A stretch of DNA of 64,000 nt from Puccinia triticina. Lineage: Eukaryota. Location of the stretch: assembly GCA_026914245.1 (NCBI GenBank), contig CP110440.1, forward strand, positions 310,001 to 374,000. The letters are read 5' to 3'. Positions 25,030-37,400 of this stretch are shown in pieces. Position 1 is the first letter of the stretch, and the number at the start of each line of letters is the position of its first letter. The notes below the pieces were generated by a model, which was not told the origin of the DNA, searched no databases, and was given only the letters and a program-made list of their open reading frames with translations. The position numbers were made by a program, and so were the translations under genes.

Positions 25030-28000
25030 TAAGGCGTATGACACCAATCATATCACTAATCGCTCTTGCCCCAATGTCGAGGTCTCTATGAAGGAGAAAC
25101 TCAACCTTTTCGTTCGATTGAATTCCAAAGGCCCCTCAACTTCACAACAACATGTTTCGGCCATCACCCAAGTCAGTTTGACTCAAACCAACTCATCGAT
25201 AGTCTTGCCACCCGAAGTCCAAGTCTCGGCCATCAACACGAATCTCATCGATCACTCTTGGGACAACGTTGGTGTTTACACTTTGGCGGATATGTTGATG
25301 TATGGTTGTGATGAGGAAGGAAATCCAATCAATACTGGCAAGTTGCCTTTCTTTATTTCCTCCATAAAACCCTCAATCTCTCTTTGCTCTCCTAGCCCTA
25401 CAGCCTCTAGATTAGTCCTTCCTATCCATCTCCTCCGACCAGGTTTTTCCCCCCTTCTCGCCATGGCCCTCATTGACTCGGGCGCGGGAGGATCTTTTAT
25501 AGATACAAATTTTGTAAGATCGAAGGGATTAATGTTAACCGAGCTATCTACTCCTTTTTCTTGCAGAAGCTTCGACGGTTCCCCAGCATCTTCCGGAGAT
25601 GTCACACATTGCTGGCAAGGGCGTTTAGTCGGGACGGATTTTCAACAACGGCCCCGTTTCTCTAATGTCTCTTTGAATGTTATTTCTTTATCCTCTGTTG
25701 ATGTTATATTAGGGCTTCCCTGGTTGAAGGCAAATTGTGCATGGTTCGGCGGTCCAAATGGCCAACTTTTTTTTTCTGATAGTAACTGTATCTCTTCCTC
25801 TCTCATTACACCAGCACCTTCACTCAAAGTCTCATCTATCACTAATAAACCCCTTACTCATGATGAGATTTTGTCACTCCCTCCGTCTCTCCGTTTGTTC
25901 TCTGATGTTTTCACAGTCGCTAGTTTGCAATTGTTGCCACCCGTTTGGCCTAATTTTGATTTGAGGATCCAACTTAAGGAGGGTACTACCCCACCTTTTG
26001 GAGGGTTGTACAATCTAAGCAAGAGTGAGAGAACACAACTGAGAGAATACATTGATGATAATCTTAGCAAAGGTTTTATTAGGTTATCTTCATCACCAGC
26101 GGCGGCCCCAATCTTTTTTGTCAAAACTGAAGGCAAGGATGATCGGCCATGTGTTGATTATTGAGGTTTGAACGCAATAACGGTCAGAGACAGTTACCCC
26201 ATCCCGGTTCTGTCATTACTACTGAACAATTTGGTGGGATGCAAGTACTTATCTAAATTTGATTTGAAGTCTGCTTTTAACTTGCCCTGAGTTACTCCAG
26301 GGCAGGAGTACCTTACAGCTTTTCGTACCCCTTGGGGTCTTTTTGAGTATCTTGTGATGCCCTTTGGTCTTGCTAATGCTCCAGCGACATTTCAAAGATT
26401 TATCCAGCATGTTCTGCGGGAGTATATTGACATCTGTTGTTTTGTGTATATTGACAATATTCTCATTTTTTCAAAAACAGAGGAGGAACATTTACATCAT
26501 CTAAAACTCATCCTCGCGAAACTCCAGGAATATTGTCTTAAGGCTTCTTTAAAGAAGTCTCAATTTTTCCAGTCCGAGGTTCAATTTCTGGGCTTCATTG
26601 TCACATCCAAAGGACTTCAAATGGAACCTAAAAAGTTGGATACTATTTTGAAATGGCCAGTACCCGAAACACTTCGAGGTTTGCAAAGGTTTTTGGGATT
26701 CTGTAACTTTTATCGACGCTTCATTCCAAGAGTTTCAGATGTTGCTGGTTCACTCACGTCTTTAACAAAGGACACGGTATTTTGTGCTGATTCTATGAAG
26801 CAGGAAGCACCGGCAGCAGCATTTAAAGCGTTATTGGCTGCGTTCGCCACGGCACCATTGCTTTCTCATTTTTCTTTTTCCGCAGATAGGATAGTCCACG
26901 TGGACAGTTCCGGTTTTGCAATTGCCGGTTTTCTCAGTCAGCCGGATTCCTCAAGAAAATTGCACCCAGTCAGCTTCTTCTCTAGGAATTTAACCAAACA
27001 AGAGCAACAATGGTCTATATTTGACTTGGAATTGTTGGCTGTTGTTGCGGCATTTGAGGAATGGCGAGCTTGGCTTGCAGGCACTGTAAAACCAGTTTTA
27101 GTTTTTTCAGATCATGCTAATCTTAAATATTTTATAACCACGACTTCCCTCTCTCCGAAACAAGCAAGATGGGGGGGTTTTTCTTTTAATTTCAACCTAT
27201 TCCATTGCTCTGGGAGCGCTAACCCAGCAGATGCTCCTAGCAGGAGGTCGGATTTTGAAAATCAGAGCGTTCCTTCCTTTCCTAATTCCCTTGCTGCAAA
27301 ATTCTCTATTATTGCTGTAATGCTCAAATCCCAGGTGGTTTCTGAGCATGACATATATTTTCAACCGATCTCAACGGCATTTTGACAATTATTAACGCAG
27401 GCATATACAACTTTAAGCCCGGAAGAGAAGGAGGCATACCAGCTGGACACAGACCTATATTGGTTCCGTCACAGGATATTCGTACCTTTAGCTATTTGCC
27501 AGAAGTTCATTAAGGCTTATCATGAAGGCCCAATGGTTGGACATCCAGGAATAGCACGCACGTTGTCTTTACTTCTTCGCACGTTTGATTGGCCCAGTAT
27601 CAGAAAGGATGTTATCACCTTTTTTTCGACCTGTGATTCTTGTCAGAGGGTCCGATTTTTGCGACAACAACCTGTAGGGACTTGCCTTTCCCGATTCCTA
27701 CGAGACCGTGGAGTGTGCACTGTGGTCGGTATGGATTTTATTGTGAAACTTCCATTATCCAACGGATTTGATTCAATCCTAGTGGTCATCAACCATCATA
27801 GCAAAGCAACCCATTTTATCCCCTGTCGGGAATCAATGACCGCTAAAGAATTAGCAAAGTTATTTTGTCAAGAAGTTTTTCGACTCCATGGGTTGCCGGA
27901 TCGAATTGTATCTGATAGTCAAGGTCTAAGACAGCTGACAACAAAATAAGCTAATAAGATTTAGATTTTCCAAAACAGGATACATACTTAGTTACAATCA

Positions 28001-28162
28001 AGAACGGACCTACGATAGAAGCTTAATCCCTAGGATCAAGATTGTATGGCCGGTTTCTCTTTAAATTATCCAATGTGTATTTTGCTTTCTAGTTGTAAGG
28101 CCTATCGTCCATAAAAGGACGTTCACTATGCGCACAACGGGTTGTTTTCTCTCTATCACAAT

Positions 28163-28363
28163 AGGGGGGTTCACAATTGAATTTTATAAAACTTTGGAGG
28201 CCAATTTAAGGCCTTTATGAACATAATTTTCCAATTTTGGCAAGATATCCAGAAAAAGGTGTGACTGATCAATCAGTGCAATTTATCAACTTTTTAAAAA
28301 TATGTTCATAAACAGGTTAAAATGGGTCCTAAAGTTTTACAAATTTCAATTGTGAACCCCCCT
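28163..28363. mobile_element. MITE with 3-bp TSD (PIF/Harbinger-like) inserted in the Gypsy 3' LTR
   Basis: AAT|AGGGGGGTTCACAATTGAA ... TTCAATTGTGAACCCCCCT|AAT; the empty site CAATATTTTT is present in the other LTR copy. Confidence 0.9.
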
Positions 28364-28809
28364 AATATTTTTGTTTCTTCCTTTTCATCAAACTTTCGGA
28401 ACATAATCATTAAAATACTCTTAAATCCCATCTATGAAACTTAGTGTCTTGTGAGATCTTTCCCTGGTTATCAAATAGCTTGTCTGTGATATTCTGAAAC
28501 GATCTGTTTCTGGCACACGTAATATTCTAGTCATTACACAGGAAAGCTTGCTGATTTGTGTGGCTGAAAATCCGACACACAGGATTTTTCATTTCAGCCC
28601 CCTGCCCAACTTGGGCCTGTGTCACCTTCCAAAACTTCCAATCTTCCTCATCCTTCCCTCTCTCCACCACCATGGCCCCCGATCCAGCTCACCCCCGACC
28701 TACTGGAATCAAACCTAACCTGGCCCCACCGAAACCTAACCCAGCCGGAGCCAACCACCCACCTGCCATCCGACCGGCATCCACAACGGTGGTTGTGGGT
28801 TATATATAG

Positions 28810-29335
28810 GTCAGCGAGCTCGAGAGCATCATCGAGCGGAAGATCTTCCAGGAGGACCAGGCGGAGGAGGAGATCCAGCGGCTGACCGCTCATGTCCAGC
28901 GACTGACGGCGGAGCGAGGCGGTAGGTCACGCTCCCAGGAGCGGGAGCGGTCCCAGTCGGCAGCCGGGGCGCTCGTCCGACTCCGACGCAGCTCCAAGAC
29001 CTGGCGCCGGCGGACCCGTCATCCACACCCCCGCGCCCGGCCCCGGCCCCGCTCGGTTCGCGGGCATCTTGGATGGGCTTGTCGAGGAGGAGTCCGGTGA
29101 CGATGGGGCTGACGATCCTGCTGAAGATCCTGCTGACCATGGTGGTGACGCCCTGGATGGGGAGGACCGCCAGCTGGAGGACGAGGGCGGCCGGGACGCC
29201 GACCGGCGCACGCTCCTGTGCTCCCGCCACCAACCTGACGTCGAGGACGAGCACGGGGAGGACGAGACGTGCGAGCTGTGTGACCGGCCGGGCCACCAAC
29301 TGGAGACCTGTCTCATCTTCGCCACCGACTCTTAA
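28810..29335 (+). pseudogene. 3' fragment of a CLIP-170/Bik1/Tip1-like gene
   Basis: After an AG acceptor: VSELESIIERKIFQEDQAEEEIQRL (coiled coil), then one frameshift, then terminal zinc knuckle CELCDRPGHQLETC and stop. Confidence 0.6.
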
Positions 29336-29412
29336 GACCATTCACATTTGTTGGCTAGATTTTCAGGTCAACTAAGCCCGGGTTTGTGGGCAGGCTAGCT
29401 GACCGAGCGTGG

Positions 29413-29628
29413 GCATTCGCATTCGTTTCAGGCTAAATGAGCTGAAATTGAGCCGGGGAGGGCCTTAGCCTGAGGCTAGATTTCAGGCTAAGGGTCGCTA
29501 AATTTAGCAATCGTTGAACCTGAAATCAAACCTAAGGTTTGTTAACCCACGGTTAGCCCGGACCAATGTGATTGCCGGTCGGGTTAAGTTGCCCAAAATC
29601 GTCAACTTAACCCGACGAATGCGAATGC
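29413..29628. mobile_element. MITE-like element
   Basis: 14-bp inverted repeat GCATTCGCATTCGT / ACGAATGCGAATGC; TSD unclear. Confidence 0.55.
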
Positions 29629-30056
29629 TCTAACCACCACCTCTCAAGTTCTGGGAGGCCCTCAGATCTCAACAGGAAGTCACCCTACTGCTATTTGATC
29701 CTTAGCATGTAGCAAAAGTTTGAAAGAAAAGAAAAAGCATCTTTCAAAAATGTATCAATCCCATGGTTTTGAATTGATTTTCGCTACTACGTTCTGCCCG
29801 TGCTTTCCTAGGTCCTGTTTGGATCAGTGGTGACGCCAACCCAGCGGCTGCAGAGACAGCTGGTCCCTGGGGAAATTTCAACAGTCTCTTGTGCGCCTCT
29901 GAAGGCTCCGTGTGCATATGACTTGTTGCCTTTGAACCCCTCTTTCCTGTGGTTGTTCATAAAGAGGGATATCCAGGGGTCTTGCAGTGCTGTTTCTGAT
30001 TCTCTGATGAATACCGTGCATATATGGAGTGATGATGGGCTATGATGGGATTCTAA

Positions 30057-30443
30057 GGCCCCGTTTGGAGCCAATATAATTATAGGTGATATAATCATTT
30101 GTAAATTCAATGAAAAATACAAAACTCAACATAAAGAATCCATTTTTTTTTTTGTAGGAAACCTACAGTACTGGTCTCATCAACTATGAGGTCAGATTTA
30201 ACTGATTCAGCCATCTTCAGAACCATAATACCATTATATTGCTTTGTTTTGGTCAAAAGCAATATAATGGTACTACAGTACTGAATATGGCTGAATCAGT
30301 TGAATCTGACTTCATAATTGAAGAGACCAGTATTGTAGGTTGCCTAGGAAAAATATTTGGAGGCTTTATGTTGAATTTTGTAGTTTTCATTGAATTAACC
30401 AATGATTATATCACCTATATTTATATTGGCTCCAAACAAAGCC
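30057..30443. mobile_element. PIF/Harbinger MITE, same family as 20484-20869
   Basis: TAA|GGCCCCGTTTGGAGCC ... GGCTCCAAACAAAGCC|TAA; interior homologous to 20484-20869. Confidence 0.88.
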
Positions 30444-30622
30444 TAATTCGTAAAGAGGGTATTTATGATATGTAAATCAAGCATCTTGACAATACAAGGC
30501 TTTGTTTCCACTTTTCTGTCCGCAACCACCAAAAACCCCACCTCACGTGTCGACACAACAAAACCCACCACCCCCTCCCCCTCACTCACCAGAAAAGTTC
30601 TTTCCCCCCCCCCTGGGCAGCC

Positions 30623-31903
30623 ATGCCCCCTCCTCTTCGCCCCCCCGACCAACACCAACCGTCCGACACGCCCCTTGCGGACGACTTGGAGATGATGGAA
30701 GACCCGGTGATTCAGCTCCCCCCTCGACCAACCACCAATCCCCCATCATCCAGTTTGCACATTTTGCTGACCAAGGCGCTTGCCGGCACGTCCCGGGACA
30801 AGAATGGAGCGGTCCTATTGGACACCAGATTTGTTGACCTCGTCCTGGAGTCATCGGCAAACAATGAACGGTTGGTGCAACGCTTGGAAGCAATGGTCGA
30901 TCAGCTCAATGCCAAGGTCGACCCCCTGATCAGAAGAATAGCTGAAATCGAGTCTCGTCAAAACGCCAGCCCCAGATCCTCCGCCCAGCCCGCCCTCAAG
31001 CCCCCCGTCAACGCGTCCAAATCGTTTGCGTCCGCTGCCTCTGCGAATCTTGCTGGTTCTGTTCATGGGCCATCAATGCGTCCCCCGCCCGCCCAAGTAA
31101 TCGCGTCACTGAAGCCAAAACGCGTGATTATTCACTCCAACCCGGCGAGCACAACCCTCAAAGACGTGTCCAGCGGGGCTCTGGTTCAGAAGGCCAATGA
31201 GACCCTAGCTGGTCTCGACGCAAATGTTGACGGAGATGCGGTGGCGATCCGGGGGGCTAGCGTTCTGCCCTCTGGTGACGTGTCTTTCTACACGAAAAAT
31301 CGTGCCCACCAGAAGTGGCTGATGGATAACAAACACGTGTGGTCGAAAGTCGTACATCCTGATCTTGAAGCAACCCCGAGCACATACTCAGTTATGGCCC
31401 ACGGTGTCCCAAAAACTTTTGATATCACCAAGTCTTCAAACTTGGCGACGTTAGCCTCTGAGAACAACTTCCAAGCATCCAATCTGGCTCGCGTCCGTTG
31501 GATGGGCTCAAATGAACCTTCAGGTAAGAAGGCTGGCTCTATTGTCATGGCGTTTGTCAACAAGGATCTCGCCCTCCGCATCAAACAGTCAGGAATCTTT
31601 CTGAAGTACGATTACCACCGCACAGAACATTTCAAACCACGCCCACCCCAATGCTTCAAATGCTTGAAGATGGGGCATTTTGGCAAGTGGTGCCGTGAAC
31701 CTGCTCAATGTGCCAAGTGCGGCAGCAATCATTCGACAAACAAATGCCCGGAAGGCATTGGTGGCGTCAAGTCATGTGTGCTTTGCAAAGATGGCCTCAA
31801 GAACAAGACCAAAGGCATCAAGGACGTCGATCACACCCCTTTCAACCCCGCCTGCCCCTTCAAGAAGGCGTGGCTCGAGAAGAAACGCTTTCCCCCTCAA
31901 TGA
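30623..31903 (+). CDS. LINE ORF1 (gag-like nucleic-acid-binding protein)
   Basis: 426-aa ORF with coiled coil and QCFKCLKMGHFGKWC, CAKCGSNH...C, CVLC...H...CP knuckles. Confidence 0.88.
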   Translation: MPPPLRPPDQHQPSDTPLADDLEMMEDPVIQLPPRPTTNPPSSSLHILLTKALAGTSRDKNGAVLLDTRFVDLVLESSANNERLVQRLEAMVDQLNAKVDPLIRRIAEIESRQNASPRSSAQPALKPPVNASKSFASAASANLAGSVHGPSMRPPPAQVIASLKPKRVIIHSNPASTTLKDVSSGALVQKANETLAGLDANVDGDAVAIRGASVLPSGDVSFYTKNRAHQKWLMDNKHVWSKVVHPDLEATPSTYSVMAHGVPKTFDITKSSNLATLASENNFQASNLARVRWMGSNEPSGKKAGSIVMAFVNKDLALRIKQSGIFLKYDYHRTEHFKPRPPQCFKCLKMGHFGKWCREPAQCAKCGSNHSTNKCPEGIGGVKSCVLCKDGLKNKTKGIKDVDHTPFNPACPFKKAWLEKKRFPPQ

Positions 31904-33199
31904 TTGGTACACCCACTGCAACCCCCAATTTTCTCTCTCATTCTCTACCTCTGTCCAGTCTCCCCTACCTTTTTTCAACTACCTTGGTGCTCTCTGTCAA
32001 GACGCCGCGGCCTCATCCTCTCTCAGCCCCGATCCCGAGGCCTTTTCCGCCTGTCAACTCAATTGCCATGTCTCCAAATCTGTCACGCTAAGTGTTTTGA
32101 ACTCCGCTCTATCTTTTGATTTTCTTCTCCTCCAAGAACCATGGATTAACCCTGTTGATTTTTGCCCGCCAAGCCACCTGGCTTGGCGTGCGTTTGCAGC
32201 CTACGAGCATACTCCGACTTGCTGGCGTGAGCGGCACAAGGCGGTGATCTATGTGCGTTGTTCGATCCCCTCAGAGTCAATTAGACTGCTAGAGGGGGGC
32301 TCCCAGACCCTGATCGGAGTTGAGATATCTCAAATCGGGAAAGTTTTTCGTTTGCTTAATATTTATAATCCTCCTTCTTCATTTTCTGCCGTTGAAGAAC
32401 TTAGATGCTGGCTGACTTCTTATTATTCCCGACAGTTTCCAGTTATCATCTTCATGGATGCCAATCTGCACCATCAACATTGGAATCCTCCAGGAGTTCG
32501 GAAAGTCGAGCCTGAGGCCAGGAATTTGCTAAGTTTCCTTTCTTCTTTTGGCTTTTGGATGTCCTCTCCAAAACACGTCCCGACTTTCTTCTCAGCTAAA
32601 GGGAAAGGGACCACAATTGATCTTGTTTGGGCTAACTTCCTAGGTTCGAAGCTTATCCGGGCTACCTCGGTCTCGAGCGATAATTGTGGCTCAGATCACC
32701 AGGCGCTACACACCCAATTCTCTGTCAGACGCCCCGCTCCGAAGTACCACTGGAGAGCCCCCCGTTGGCCCGATGTGGACCCCAAGAAAGTCGAGGCTAT
32801 TGCAGCTGAGTTGTCGTCTTTGAATCTCAGTCCCCAGGAGTCCCCGGATGCTCAAGCCAAACAGTTGACACTGTTCCTCAAAAATGCACAGGAGAAGTTG
32901 GGACGGCGAGTTCAGTCAAGTAAGGCAAAGGCGAAGCCGTGGTGGTGCCACAACACGCTGGATCCGGTCGTGTGAACTTGCAATCGGGCGCGAAAATGGA
33001 TGCTCTTAACTAAGTCACCCAAATCCATTGAATGCTACCGTCAGTGGAATAACTATTTTCTCTCCTTGGTTGATTCATTGAAGCAGCGCAGCTGGAGGAG
33101 ACTCCTAGAGGATCCGGGTGAGGGTGATCTTTACCGGGTCCTCCGGTTTTCCTCAAAGTCGTCGGGGGGAGAGGTCCTCCCGCTGAAAGGTTCGGACGG
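31900..33199 (+). pseudogene. LINE ORF2 5' part (APE endonuclease), with in-frame stop at 32973
   Basis: Motifs QLNCH, LLLQEPW, MDANLHH, TTIDLVW, SDH. Confidence 0.85.
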
Positions 33200-34461
33200 T
33201 GTGGTATGCTTTATGGTTACCCATCAAGCCCATTTCAAAATTTCATTTTTTCTCATATGTACACTATCAAATCAACCAATATGGCGGCACCACTGGATTC
33301 TAAGGCCAAAACTACACAGGACACCATGGACAACACACCTTACACCCCTCTGGATCAGAAGATACAACCCCTTCAAGACACCATCATTCAGTTACATATA
33401 CTCAAAACACCATACTCAGGTCATGTAATCCGTTACATGAACCACACTTACCCAGGACATGTAATCCGTTACATGGACCACCCTGACAGCTTGTCTACCC
33501 TCTACATATACTTTACCTCATCAGCTGCACTCATTTCATTGTGCTATGCACATGTCATGCAGTGTTATGCAGTGTTATGCACACTTGATGCAGGCTTATG
33601 CAGTCTTATGCAGGTGCATGCAGACTAGTGTAATAAGGGCTGCAGTCTGACAGTTGACAGATGACATCATGCAGGTGTCAAGATAGCAAAAACCCCTCAT
33701 GCAGCTTGCGGATGACATCAGTTGACAGGCCAGGCCAGCTAAAATATCTCACCTCCTATTTCTCACTAGCTAAATTCCCTCATATGACATCATGACCTCA
33801 TGTGACCTGTCAACCACCAGCCAAAATACCTCATTGTAGCTTTCAGGGCAGCTAAAACCCCTCATTCTCTTGTTCCCCTGGAGCTAATGATGAGATGGAC
33901 AGGGCTGAGAGCAGCAGGCACGGTACGGGGCGGTGTTTGAGAGTCGTGGAAGGATGATAATATTGCAGATCAGAAAGATATGTACTAGACAAAAAGAGAG
34001 GAGAGAGGAAAGAACAAAAGAAGAGAAAAGAGAAGAAGAGAGAGAAAGGAGAGACTGACCTGAGAGCAGCAGGCACGGTACGGGGCGGTGTTCGAGAGTC
34101 GTGGAAGGATGATGAAAGGGTCCTTCCACGCCTGCTGCCTCAGGAGTACTACATACATGATGTGATATGTGTGTGACAGAAGAGTGACATGGATGAAGCA
34201 GACAAAATAGAAGAAACCTGAGTACTAAACTCAACACCCCCCCTTGCTGAGACCATGGAATGAAAGGAACAGAACAGAAAGAAAGAAGGGAAAGAAAGAA
34301 AAGAAAAAGAAAAGAAGGAAATAGAAAGAAGGGAAGATAAAAGAGATGGGAAAGAAAGAGAGAAGGTGGGAAAGGGAATTATAGAAGGTGAGTAGGATAG
34401 AAAGAACAGGAAGGGGATAGGAAAAACCAGAGGGTGATTGGGGAATGTGTGACAGAGGAAG

Positions 34462-37400
34462 CTATCCGACGATGCCAAACATTTGCCGATGGTGTTCAAG
34501 AGCCACCCGAGGTAGCGGTTTGGTCAACATGTCCGCAAGCATGTCATTGGTGGAAACATGAAGGAGAGAGATCGACGAGTCTTGCACACACTCTCGGATG
34601 AAATGATACCGAGCGTGAATGTGTTTCGTGCGGGCGTGATGTTCAGGGTTCTTTGCCAAGGCCTCCGCACCTTCGTTATCGACATGTAGAGGGATGGCGG
34701 TGTTAGGTCGAAGGCGGAGTTCAGTTAGGAGATGACGCAACCACAGTCCCTCCTTGCACGAGTCCAAAAGCGCCTTATACTCAGCCTTGGTGCTTGACAA
34801 GGAAACAGTGGCCTGTTTGCGTGACTTCCAGGAGATCGTGCCGTCACCAATGCGATAGGTGTACGCTGAGGTGGAGCGCCGATCCTCGCGGTCCTTGGCC
34901 CAGTCGGAATCAGAAAAACCGGAGAGTGTGAGATCCCCTCTGAGTCGAAGTTTTAAGTGTGGAGTTGTCGCCAGATAGTTGAGAACACGGACAGCAGCCC
35001 GCCAATGTGCATCCAACGGGTTTCTTAGATGTTGAGATAACCGGTTTACCGCAAAGGAGATGTTGGGTCGGGTACATTGAGCGACCCACAGGAGAGATCC
35101 GATGAGTTGGGGGTAGGGACCAGGCGAGGCCGGATCAGAAGAACGACACGAGGCGAGATTCTTGAAGGTGGAGTCAGTGGGAGTAGGTGTCGACACGTGT
35201 TCGCCGGCAAGGAAGCGTGTACACATTTCCTTTATGTAATGTGCTTGATTTAGGAAAACGTACCCGTCTTGGAGGTTGCGGGTGATTTTCAGAGACAAGA
35301 AGTGATGAAGTTCCTCGTCGGCACCTATCTTGAACCGTTGGCCGATGGAAGCAATGATTGAATCGACAGTTTTGGGTTCCCCTACAATGGCGAGATCGTC
35401 GACATGAGTAGTTAAAGCGCCGACAAGTTTTCCTGCGTTAAGTTTGAAGTAAAGTGTGGGGTCGTAGGTCGAGTTGGACCACCCAAGCTCGAGGAGGGCC
35501 TTGTGCAGCTCTAAATTCCACTGCCTTGGAGATTGTTTCAGGCCGTATAGGGAACGGCTTACTTCACATACCCAGTCCAGGTGGAGAGGATCCTCGAAAC
35601 CGGGCGGTTGCTCCATGTACACGGGCTGATTGAGATGGCCGTTGAGGAAGGCGGTCTTAAAATCAACCTGACGACCCTTCCAGTTGCGCTTGGCTAGGAG
35701 GCTGAGAATCAAGCGCAAGGTCTCCAACCTGAGCGTGGGCGAGAAAACTTCGTTGTAATCTAAACCTTGGACCTGGGAATAGCCCATGGCTACCAAACGC
35801 GCCTTAAGCTTCTGGATACTTCGGTCGGGTCTTCGCTTGATTTTGAATACCCATTTTGACTTTATGATCCGCCTCTTTTCGGGGCGGGGAACCAACTTCC
35901 AAGTCTGCATACCCAGGAGGGACGCAAACTCTTCGTCGGCGGCCTTCAACCAGCGATGTTTGTTCGGGGAATTGAGGAGTTGCCGCCAGGTTTTCGGCGT
36001 GTCCATGTCGGAATCCACTGCGGCGTTCTTAGCCCAGTTCCCATAGCGATCGGGGGCTTTGCGAGCACGAGTCGAGCGTCTGGGAGGCGAAGAGGGAGTC
36101 CGCGCTTTTGGGGAAGGTGGAGGCGACGGGTTTGGCTGAGGTGAAGTTTGAGAGGGGGGAGGGGAAGGTAATTTTTGGGGAGAAGCAGGGGGAGGTGAGA
36201 GGAGGGGAGGAAGAGAGATAATGGAGAGATTGGGGGAGGAAAGAGAGGAGGGGGGAGAAATACCGGTATGGTCCGGTGTTGAATGATCCGAATCTGAGTT
36301 AATGTTTTCCGGTTCACGGGGGGCATTTCCGGGGGCGTGGATAGAAGCTGTGAGTCGCCGGTCAAACCTAGGTTTTAAAGGAATGTCCAGTGGAGCATCA
36401 GGGGTAGGTGAACGAGGGGGTGGGGAGTGAGAAGAGAGGGAAGGAGAAGGGTTGGGAGGGGGAGAGGGAGAGGGAGAGGGAGAGGCAGGCGTTGGGTTTA
36501 CTGGAATCGGGAGACCGGGAAGCGCCTGATTTTCTTGAGGTGCCGTACGGGATGGTGACGGCCACGGGATTTCGACTGACAGGGTTGGGGAAGGAGAAAT
36601 GAGCTTGGAACCATAAGGGAAGACCTGGTCGTCGAAAATGACGTCACGTGATTTGACAACAGATCGGCTCTCAAGATCCCACACCCTGTACCCGTTACCG
36701 TCGGACAGGTAGGACCTTTTTGGTCGAGTTTCTTGCGATTCGCTTCCGGCACCTTGTACCATACAAGGCAGCCGAAAGGATGGAGATAGGAAAGATCGAC
36801 CGGATTTAGTTGTAAAATCGAGTTCGGAGATTTGAAGCCTGCTGGAGTGGTGCACGGGTAGGAATTGAAAGCAAAGAGCGCATGTCGAAGAGCGTCCGTC
36901 CAGAAAGACTTCGGGGTGCGCGCGCTGATGAGAGAGGACCTTACGAGATTGCTGATGGTACGGTTTGTCCGTTCAGCCACGCCGTTTAACTCTGGGGAGT
37001 GTGGGGGCCCCGGCTCATGTTTGATACCTGCTGACAGGAGGTAGGAGGAGAATTCATTTGAAATGTACTCCCCTCCGTTGTCTGAACGGAGGGATATAAT
37101 CTTATGGGCACCGTTTTTCTCGAACGAGGCTCGGAAGAGCTTGAAGCAGTTGAACGAGTCACTTTTAAATTTCATGGGATAAACTACTAGGAACTTGGAG
37201 TAGTCGTCGATGAAGGTGATGAAATAGGAATAACCTTCACAAGATTTTACCTCATAGGAGCCTACGTCGGAATGAATAAGCTGTCCTGGAAACGTCGAGT
37301 GGTGTGCGGAGCGAGACTTGAAGGCGTTCCGGGGCATTTTTGCCTGAACGCAGGTGGGACATCGTTGCACATCGGTTTCGTTCATCGCTGAGGGTGTTAT

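Larger units (their letters stand above)
20870..28538 (+). mobile_element. decayed Ty3/Gypsy LTR retrotransposon with nested insertions
   Basis: Partial LTR copies at 20870-21249 and 27955-28538, both ending ATTACA. Gag pieces from 21314 and 23242 onward; protease LIDSGA; RT MPFGLANAPATFQ...YIDN; RNase H; truncated integrase (GHPG...CDSC, MDFI). Multiple stops. Confidence 0.85.
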
